NCBI GenBank assembly: GCA_965220545.1 | Contig: CBDCQF010000010.1 | Coordinates: 24,236 to 88,235 of the forward strand | DNA length: 64,000 nt | Direction of reading: 5' to 3' | From: Dehalococcoidia bacterium | Lineage (GTDB): Bacteria; Chloroflexota; Dehalococcoidia; Lucifugimonadales; QGNO01 | Program-made: the position numbers and the translations under genes | The notes under the pieces: generated by a model | Databases searched by the model: none | Told to the model about the DNA's origin: nothing | Seen by the model: only the letters and a program-made list of their open reading frames with translations | Shown here: piece by piece, positions 57,462 to 64,000 of the stretch | Position numbering within the stretch: the first letter of the stretch is position 1 | Layout: each line of letters starts with the position of its first letter

Positions 57462-59024
57462 ATGGCTATCGAAAAAAAGACCAACGAACGCTTAGCGGAA
57501 CTACGCAAGCTTCGGGAACGAGGCCGCGAAGGCGGCGGCAAGAAGCGCATCGAGCAGCAGCACGCCAAGGGCAAGCTGACGGCTCGTGAGCGGGTTGACC
57601 TATTCCTTGACGAAGGTTCATTCAAAGAGATAGACCCGTTCGTGACCCAGTGGTCCACGGGCCCCGGAAAGGACGGCGACCTTCATCCCGGGGATGCCGT
57701 CGTCGCCGGCTACGGCACGGTGCACGGCCGTCTTGTCTACCTGTATTCCCAAGACTTCACCGTTTACGGCGGCTCACTGTCGGAAGCCGTTGCTGAAAAG
57801 ATTTGCAAAGTCATGGACATGGCTATGAAGAACGGCGCTCCCGTGGTGGGTCTCATAGACTCGGGAGGAGCCCGCATTCAGGACGGCGTAATAAGCCTGG
57901 CAGGCTACGGCGACATCTTCCTCAGGAATACCCTGGCATCCGGCGTAGTGCCCCAGATTTCGGTCATTCTGGGACCTTGCGCGGGCGGCGCGGTCTACTC
58001 TCCCGCCATTACGGACTTCGTTTTCATGGCGGACGGCAACGGGCAGATGTACATCACCGGCCCGGATGTCATCAAGGCCGCGACAGGCGAGGTGGTAGAC
58101 CACGAGTCCCTTGGCGGAGCCGACACACACGCCCGTCTCAGCGGCATGGCGCACTTCACGTTGCCCACGGAGCAAGAGACCCTGGACGAAGTGCGGCGTC
58201 TCCTCAGCTTCCTACCCCAAAACAATATGGAGGACCCGCCTTCCGTCATCTCCTTTGACGATGCGACGCGTACGGATGAGGTGCTGGGCGAGCTGGTACC
58301 CGACGACCCGATAAAAGCCTACGACATGCAAGAGGTCATCTTCAGAATTGTGGATGACGGCGATTTCATGGAAGTCCAGCGGCTCTTCGCGCCCAACATA
58401 ATCGTAGGTTTCGCACGTATGGCCGGCTCTCCCGTCGGAATAGTGGCGCAGCAGCCGGGTTACCTGGCAGGCGTCCTGGATATAGACGCCTCCGATAAAG
58501 CATCGCGCTTCGTGCGCTTCTGCGATGCTTTCAACATTCCCATAGTCACGTTGGTGGACGTACCGGGATACTTGCCGGGCACCGACCAGGAACACCGGGG
58601 CATCATTCGCCATGGCGCAAAGCTCATCTACTCGTATGCGGAGGCCACCGTCCCCAAGGTGACGGTGATCACTCGCAAAGCATACGGCGGCGCATACATA
58701 GTCATGGGCAGCAAGCACCTGCGCGCCGACATCAACCTGGCATGGCCAACGGCGGAGATAGCCGTTATGGGGCCGGAAGGCGCGGTAAGCATAATAAACC
58801 GCGCGCAGATTGCCGAGGCTGACAATCCTGAGAAACTGAAGACGAAGCTTGCCAAAGAGTATCGCAAGCAGTTTGCCCACCCGTACATAGCCGCCGGGCG
58901 CGGTTACATAGATGACATCATCGATCCTGTGGAGACCCGCCCTCAAATCATAAGAGCCCTGGAAATGCTGAAGAACAAACGGGACAGCCTGCCGCCAAAG
59001 AAACACGGCAGCATTCCGCTATAG
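57462..59024 (+). CDS. Acyl-CoA carboxylase carboxyltransferase (beta) subunit (propionyl/methylmalonyl-CoA type)
   Basis: 520 aa with a two-lobed carboxyl_trans domain. DSGGARIQDG, GPCAGGAVYSPA and ITRKAYGGAYIVM. Confidence 0.85.
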   Translation: MAIEKKTNERLAELRKLRERGREGGGKKRIEQQHAKGKLTARERVDLFLDEGSFKEIDPFVTQWSTGPGKDGDLHPGDAVVAGYGTVHGRLVYLYSQDFTVYGGSLSEAVAEKICKVMDMAMKNGAPVVGLIDSGGARIQDGVISLAGYGDIFLRNTLASGVVPQISVILGPCAGGAVYSPAITDFVFMADGNGQMYITGPDVIKAATGEVVDHESLGGADTHARLSGMAHFTLPTEQETLDEVRRLLSFLPQNNMEDPPSVISFDDATRTDEVLGELVPDDPIKAYDMQEVIFRIVDDGDFMEVQRLFAPNIIVGFARMAGSPVGIVAQQPGYLAGVLDIDASDKASRFVRFCDAFNIPIVTLVDVPGYLPGTDQEHRGIIRHGAKLIYSYAEATVPKVTVITRKAYGGAYIVMGSKHLRADINLAWPTAEIAVMGPEGAVSIINRAQIAEADNPEKLKTKLAKEYRKQFAHPYIAAGRGYIDDIIDPVETRPQIIRALEMLKNKRDSLPPKKHGSIPL

Positions 59025-59032
59025 GTGCACCT

Positions 59033-59230
59033 ATGATTGAAGACAAGAGGCCAGAGGACACCAGCGAAATCGCTTCTTTTTGGGCGGCTATCAGCAACAT
59101 TGTCAATGCTGAGCCAGTAAGCCGGCAGCACTCTCTGATCAATCAGAAGATCAACCCTTGGAAGGCCGGGCTTGTCGAATCTTTCTCCCAGAGCCTGCTA
59201 TGGCAGGGACTTGGCTGGGGTCGTATATAA
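59033..59230 (+). CDS. Small hypothetical protein coupled to the carboxyltransferase (possible epsilon-like subunit)
   Basis: 65 aa, starting 8 nt after the carboxyltransferase stop. No family recognised. Confidence 0.3.
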   Translation: MIEDKRPEDTSEIASFWAAISNIVNAEPVSRQHSLINQKINPWKAGLVESFSQSLLWQGLGWGRI

Positions 59231-59245
59231 TCCACTCCTCTTCCG

Positions 59246-59273
59246 TTGCTCTAATTCATTTTCCTGATATAAT
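59246..59273 (+). promoter_or_regulatory. Extended -10 promoter candidate for icd
   Basis: TTGCTC (59246-59251), a 16-nt spacer ending in TGa, then TATAAT (59268-59273). Confidence 0.4.
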
Positions 59274-59429
59274 CCGCGCTAGCTGAAAAAGCAGTCGGTT
59301 CAATACTTTCAAATGCGCTAGAAGGCGCTATTGCTTTGCGACTCCTGTCGCATGGATCTACAGACGGAAAGCCGTCAAGTACAACTCACTTATTGTGCAG
59401 TGTGCTTGTTTGCCCGAAAGGAGTTAGGT

Positions 59430-60635
59430 TTGACGAATAATCAGGTTTCTGAAAAGGCTAGGGAGCACTTTGGGGTCATAGTCCAGCAGCAGTTGGACCG
59501 GGTGGAACGACTCAAAACGGAAGACACCAGTACCGACTTCTCCGAAGTGAAACCCATCATCATAGGCGTCATAGGCGGGGACGGCATAGGACCCGCCATC
59601 ACCGCCGAGGCGCAGCGCGTCCTGGAGTATCTTCTGCGCGGCGAGGTAGAAAGCGGCAAGGTCCAGTTCAAGGTGATTGAAGGGTTGACCATAGAAAACC
59701 GCGCCGAAAAGCTCCAGTCAATCCCCGACGACGTGCTGGCAGAGATCAAAACGTGCCACGTCACGTTGAAGGGCCCCACCCATACTCCTGAAAAGGGGGA
59801 CGGCTGGCCCAACCTGGAAAGCGCCAACGTTGCCATGCGCCGCGAGCTTGATCTCTTTGCCAACGTGAGGCCGGTGCGCGTCCCGCAGGAAGACATAGAC
59901 TGGACTTTCTTCCGGGAGAACACGGAGGACCTCTACGCCGTGGGCAGCCAGGGCATCAACGTCACCGACGACTTGGCCATAGACTTCCGCGTCATAACCA
60001 CGCAGGGTTCGGAGCGGATAATAGAAGCCGCCTTTGCCCATGCCGCCAAGACGGGCAAGACCAACGTCACCGTAGTGACCAAGGCCAACGTGGTAAAGAC
60101 CACCGACGGCAAGTTCCTGGAAGTAGCGGCCAGAGTCGCGGAGCGTTACCCCGGCATCGACTGGGAGGGTTGGTACATAGACATCATGACCGCCAAGCTC
60201 TTGGACAAAGCCCGTCGCTCCAACTTCCAAGTGTTCGCTCTGCCCAACCTGTACGGCGACATCCTCACTGACGAGGCCGCCGAAATCCAGGGCGGCGTGG
60301 GCACGGCAGGCAGCGCCAATATCGGCAGGAAGAACGCTATGTTCGAGGCCATTCACGGAAGCGCTCCCCGCATGGTGCGCGAGGGCCGCGCTCAGTACGC
60401 GGACCCCAGCTCAATCATCCGCGCCGGCGCCATGATGCTGGAGCACATAGGCTACGGAGACCTGGGCAGAAGGCTCAACATGGCCCTGGAAGTGTGCGGC
60501 CAGTACGAAAGAAAGGTAATAACCACGGGCAGAGACAGCGGAGCAACCGCCCAGGAGTACGGCGATTACATAATGGCCACCGTGGAGGACCCGGGCCTTG
60601 AAGCCAAGTGGCAAGGTTACGTAAACGCCGATTGA
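59430..60635 (+). CDS. icd: Isocitrate dehydrogenase (isocitrate/isopropylmalate dehydrogenase family)
   Basis: Track ORF 59331..60635. The likely start is TTG 59430 after AAGGAG (alternatives at 59331 and 59352). [22 protein letters not shown] and GSAP. Lies adjacent to mdh. Confidence 0.75.
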   Translation: MTNNQVSEKAREHFGVIVQQQLDRVERLKTEDTSTDFSEVKPIIIGVIGGDGIGPAITAEAQRVLEYLLRGEVESGKVQFKVIEGLTIENRAEKLQSIPDDVLAEIKTCHVTLKGPTHTPEKGDGWPNLESANVAMRRELDLFANVRPVRVPQEDIDWTFFRENTEDLYAVGSQGINVTDDLAIDFRVITTQGSERIIEAAFAHAAKTGKTNVTVVTKANVVKTTDGKFLEVAARVAERYPGIDWEGWYIDIMTAKLLDKARRSNFQVFALPNLYGDILTDEAAEIQGGVGTAGSANIGRKNAMFEAIHGSAPRMVREGRAQYADPSSIIRAGAMMLEHIGYGDLGRRLNMALEVCGQYERKVITTGRDSGATAQEYGDYIMATVEDPGLEAKWQGYVNAD

Positions 60636-60672
60636 ACGTGTCCATAGCAACCAAACAAGGAGTATAGACGGA

Positions 60673-61608
60673 ATGCGTAAGAAGATAACCGTAATAGGAG
60701 CCGGGCAGGTTGGAGCGACCACGGCGCAGCGCCTCTTCGAGCGAGGCTATGCTGACATTGTGCTCGTAGATATCGTTGAGGGGATGCCTCAGGGCAAAGC
60801 CCTGGACATCCTGGAGTCGGGACCGGTCGTCGGCTCCGACGCCAATATTATTGGCAGCAACAGCTACGACGAAACCGCAGGCTCCGACATCGTTGTCATC
60901 ACCTCAGGGGTGGCCCGCAAACCCGGCATGAGCCGCGACGACCTGCTGCTCACCAACATGAACATTGTGGGCGCAGTGACGCGGGAAGCCGCCAAACACT
61001 CCCCCGACTCCATCATCATAGTAGTGACCAATCCGCTGGACGCCATGGCGCAGCACTCATTCGAGGTAAGCGGCTTCTCCAGGGAGCGGGTCATAGGCCA
61101 GTCCGGCATCCTGGATACCGCCCGTTTCCGGACATTCCTATCACAGGAGCTGAACGTCTCCGTGAGGGACATACAGGCCTACGTATTGGGAGGGCACGGC
61201 GACACCATGGTGCCAATAGTCGGCTATACCACCGTGGGCGGCAGGCCAATCAGCGAGCTGGTGTCCAAGGAGAGGCTGGACGCCATTGTGCAGCGCACCC
61301 GCGATGGCGGTGGAGAGATCGTCGCCCTGCTCAAGACGGGCAGCGCCTACTATGCGCCGTCCGCCGGAGTAGTGGAAATGGTGGACTCCATTGTCCTGGA
61401 CCAGCACCGCATCCTTCCCTGCGCCGCCTATCTACAGGGCGAATACGGGGTCAACGGCTACTTTGCGGGCGTACCGGTCAGGCTGGGCGCGTCCGGCTTG
61501 GAAGAGGTTGTAGAGATCAAGCTCTCCTCCGAAGAGCAGGCCATGCTGCAGAAGTCGGTTGACGCCGTGGAAGAACTGGTCGGCGTCATGCACAGCTCCA
61601 CTAGCTAG
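60673..61608 (+). CDS. mdh: Malate dehydrogenase (LDH-like type)
   Basis: 311 aa. [29 protein letters not shown] and GGHGD. Confidence 0.85.
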   Translation: MRKKITVIGAGQVGATTAQRLFERGYADIVLVDIVEGMPQGKALDILESGPVVGSDANIIGSNSYDETAGSDIVVITSGVARKPGMSRDDLLLTNMNIVGAVTREAAKHSPDSIIIVVTNPLDAMAQHSFEVSGFSRERVIGQSGILDTARFRTFLSQELNVSVRDIQAYVLGGHGDTMVPIVGYTTVGGRPISELVSKERLDAIVQRTRDGGGEIVALLKTGSAYYAPSAGVVEMVDSIVLDQHRILPCAAYLQGEYGVNGYFAGVPVRLGASGLEEVVEIKLSSEEQAMLQKSVDAVEELVGVMHSSTS

Positions 61609-61616
61609 AGGCCAAA

Positions 61617-62915
61617 ATGTCAAGAAAGCCACAGAGCGCAGAGGAAAAGAGCCTCCTGGAGATGGCCCGTCGCAACATGCCCGCCGGTGAAATGGGCAAC
61701 GGCTCAGGCGACTTTGAAACCGGCTTCATTGTGAAGGAAGGAAGAGGCTCCAAGCTCTACGACTTCAGCGGCAACGAGTACATCGATTACCTGCTGGGAT
61801 CCGGCCCAATGGTGCTGGGACACGGTCATCCATCCGTGGTGCAGGCCGTTCGCGACTATCTGGAGCGGGGCAGCACTTACTTCATACCCAATGCTCCCGC
61901 AATTCACCTGGCCGAGGAGATATCGAACGCGGTGCCCTGCGCCGACCTGGTGCGCTTCACCACCAGCGGCACGGATGCGACCTTCCAGTGCATGCGCGCC
62001 GTCCGCGCCTATCGCAAGCGCGACAAGATACTCAAGTTCGAGGGCGGTTTCCACGGCACCAGCGATTACGCCTTGCAAAGCGTGACTCCCAAGAGACTCC
62101 TTGAATTCCCACAACCTGAAACGGGCTCCGCCGGCATACCAAGAGCCGTTTCGGAGACTGTGCTCATAGCGCCCTACAACGACCTGGAAACCACCTCTCG
62201 CATCATAGCCGAAAACCATGACGAGCTGGCGGGAGTGATCGTAGAGCCAATGCAGCGCATCCTCACCCCCATAGACGGCTTCCTGCAGGGACTCAGGGAT
62301 ATCACCAGCCAGTACGAGATTCCCCTGATATTCGATGAGGTGGTCACCGGCTTCCGTATGGCTTACGGAGGCGCGCAGGAGTTCTATAACGTGATACCGG
62401 ACATGGCCGCTCTGGGGAAAATAGTGGGCGGCGGTTATCCCCTGGGAGCAGTGGCGGGGCGGAGTGAGATCATGCAGGCCTACGACGCCTCACTGGCCGA
62501 GGAGGACGGTTTCGTTCCGCAGATCGGCACCTTGAACGGCAACCCCATCGCTGCTACTGCGGGCTTGGCCACACTGGCCGAAATGCGTAAACCCGGCACG
62601 TATCAGCGTCTGCACGGCAGCGGCCACGCGCTCAAAACGGCGCTTCAAGAGATCATGGATCAAGCCGAAATACCGGTCAGCGTGGTTGGCGACGACACCG
62701 TCTTCGACGCGTACTTCACCAACCAGGAGATTACGACGTACCGTTCAACGTTGAACGCCGACGGCGCAATGTTGAAGCGGTTCAACGGTCTGCTTCTGGA
62801 GCGAGGCGTCCTCAAAGGCGGGCAGAAGTTCTACATGGCTCTGGCCCACACGGACGACGACATCCAGAAGACCATCAGCGCAATAGAAGAGGCTGCCAAA
62901 GAGCTGCAATCGTAG
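61617..62915 (+). CDS. Class III aminotransferase, glutamate-1-semialdehyde 2,1-aminomutase-like
   Basis: 432 aa. DYLLGSGPMVLGHGHP and DEVVTGFRMAYGGAQEFYNVIPDMAALGKIVGGGYPLGA (HemL-like PLP-lysine context). Confidence 0.7.
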   Translation: MSRKPQSAEEKSLLEMARRNMPAGEMGNGSGDFETGFIVKEGRGSKLYDFSGNEYIDYLLGSGPMVLGHGHPSVVQAVRDYLERGSTYFIPNAPAIHLAEEISNAVPCADLVRFTTSGTDATFQCMRAVRAYRKRDKILKFEGGFHGTSDYALQSVTPKRLLEFPQPETGSAGIPRAVSETVLIAPYNDLETTSRIIAENHDELAGVIVEPMQRILTPIDGFLQGLRDITSQYEIPLIFDEVVTGFRMAYGGAQEFYNVIPDMAALGKIVGGGYPLGAVAGRSEIMQAYDASLAEEDGFVPQIGTLNGNPIAATAGLATLAEMRKPGTYQRLHGSGHALKTALQEIMDQAEIPVSVVGDDTVFDAYFTNQEITTYRSTLNADGAMLKRFNGLLLERGVLKGGQKFYMALAHTDDDIQKTISAIEEAAKELQS

Positions 62916-62921
62916 GACGCC

Positions 62922-63464
62922 CTACCCCATCCCGAGGCGCTGCCAGGCTATTAGCAGCGCGGCAATGCTCTTGCCGTCGTGCAGGTCACCGTTGTTCACC
63001 ATTTCCACCGCCTGTTCCAGCGGTATGGTGACCCTTTCCACCTCTTCATCCTCATCGGGGTGAGCTTCTCCCTCACTCAGGTCAGTGGCCAAGAACGTAT
63101 ACATCTCTTCGTCCGTGAACCCGGGAGTAGTGAAGTAGGAGCCCAGAAAATCCAGTTTTCCGGCCTCCAACCCCGTCTCTTCGCCAAGCTCTCTACGGGC
63201 TGCTTCCGCGGGGTCTTCACCGCGCTCCATCCTGCCAGCGGGCACTTCCAGCAAAGAGTCGCCAATGGCTTTGCGGTACTGCCTGACTAGGTGTACGTTC
63301 CCTTTGTCGTCCACTGCCACAATGGCAACCGCCGGGCCGTGCTCAATGACCTCCCTGGTAGCCTCTATTCCACTGGACAGGGCAACCGTGTCCACTCGAA
63401 GGGACAGTATCTTCCCATCGAATATGCGCCTGCTGTTCACGGTAGGTTCCGGGTTATCGGCCAT
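62922..63464 (-). CDS. NUDIX hydrolase (ADP-ribose pyrophosphatase-like)
   Basis: 180 aa. Nudix box GRMERGEDPAEAARRELGEETGL. Confidence 0.85.
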   Translation of the reverse strand: MADNPEPTVNSRRIFDGKILSLRVDTVALSSGIEATREVIEHGPAVAIVAVDDKGNVHLVRQYRKAIGDSLLEVPAGRMERGEDPAEAARRELGEETGLEAGKLDFLGSYFTTPGFTDEEMYTFLATDLSEGEAHPDEDEEVERVTIPLEQAVEMVNNGDLHDGKSIAALLIAWQRLGMG

Positions 63465-63471
63465 GCCTCTC

Positions 63472-64000
63472 CTAATGAGTGCCAGGGAGTACTTCCCAGG
63501 GATCGAGTCCCAGCTTCCGCACCAGATCCGCGTAGTAATAGGCGGGTGGATTGCCCCTGAGGAACCGCGCCGCCGGCGCGCCCATGCTGACCTCTACACT
63601 ATCCCCGTGTTGGAGGTCGACGTCTATGAATCCATCGATTGCCAGCACACCGGTGGTTTGCGATAAGAAGCTCATCTTGATCCGGCTGGTCTGCGGCAAC
63701 ACCAGCGTCCACGACATATCGAGGTGAGGCGCAACGGGCGTCATCAGAATGTCCCTGGATTGTGGATGGAGTATCGGCCCGCCGGCTGACAACGCATATC
63801 CCGTACTTCCCGTTGCCGTAGCAACAATCACCGCATCCGCACGGTAGGTGGTCAACGGTTCGTCATCCACGGTGATTCCAATCATGGACAAGCGCGCCAC
63901 CTCTCCCCTGCCCATCACTACCTCGTTCAAAGCTTGGTACGTTCGGGTGTCGCCTTCCATACCAGACCTGCGCACCGTGGCTTGTATCATGGCGCGCTCT
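63472..64000 (-). CDS. nadK: NAD kinase, C-terminal part (5' end beyond the window)
   Basis: ALNEVVMGRG, YRADAVIVATATGSTGYALSAGGPILHP and TPVAPH. The frame stays open to position 64000. Confidence 0.8.
   Translation of the reverse strand, partial: ERAMIQATVRRSGMEGDTRTYQALNEVVMGRGEVARLSMIGITVDDEPLTTYRADAVIVATATGSTGYALSAGGPILHPQSRDILMTPVAPHLDMSWTLVLPQTSRIKMSFLSQTTGVLAIDGFIDVDLQHGDSVEVSMGAPAARFLRGNPPAYYYADLVRKLGLDPWEVLPGTH

Overview
High-GC bacterial chromosomal segment with about 55 protein-coding genes. I recognised no rRNA, tRNA, CRISPR array, transposase or integrase.

The backbone is aerobic heterotroph metabolism:
- glcDEF glycolate oxidase, katG, and icd-mdh.
- A Geobacter-type citramalate synthase behind a T-box leader.
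- An acyl-CoA carboxyltransferase, two SDRs, a luciferase-like (LLM) oxidoreductase and an acyl-CoA dehydrogenase.
- GGT, aminotransferases, an ECF sigma/anti-sigma pair, an ABC-F ATPase, NUDIX and NadK.

The gene content suggests a Chloroflexota/Actinomycetota-like genome, possibly marine SAR202-like. This is inference only. It rests on the SCO1664/DUF3090 pair, Pro/Thr-linker lipoproteins, the T-box on cimA, paralogue expansions and GC-rich PFDKLRANG-type repeats.

Most notable observations:
1. Five paralogues of an unusual ~450-aa double-hotdog (MaoC-N-like) protein. Three form a tandem operon next to secondary transporters and a four-domain Cache lipoprotein. Three end in an identical PYETFYRDWY tail.
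2. A ~927-aa surface protein (Ig-like repeats, prokaryotic PLA2-like domain, a 15-Pro run counting the single Ala-interrupted neighbour, Cys-rich tail) split by one in-frame TAG that falls inside an Ig-like repeat.
3. An AT-richer island carrying a HicB-only gene coupled to a GmrSD-type (DUF262/DUF1524) nuclease.
4. A second AT-richer island with a PT-linker lipoprotein overlapping a gene that carries an RNxxxH (HEPN-like) motif.
5. Two NCS2-type permeases sharing an unassigned C-terminal soluble domain.
6. Two further decayed genes: a frameshifted DUF4097 and a DUF1697 with a nonsense codon and a lost start.
7. Mosaic GC-rich palindromic repeats in intergenic gaps, including both borders of the PLA2 island.

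All family assignments come from motif recognition by eye. No searches were run.
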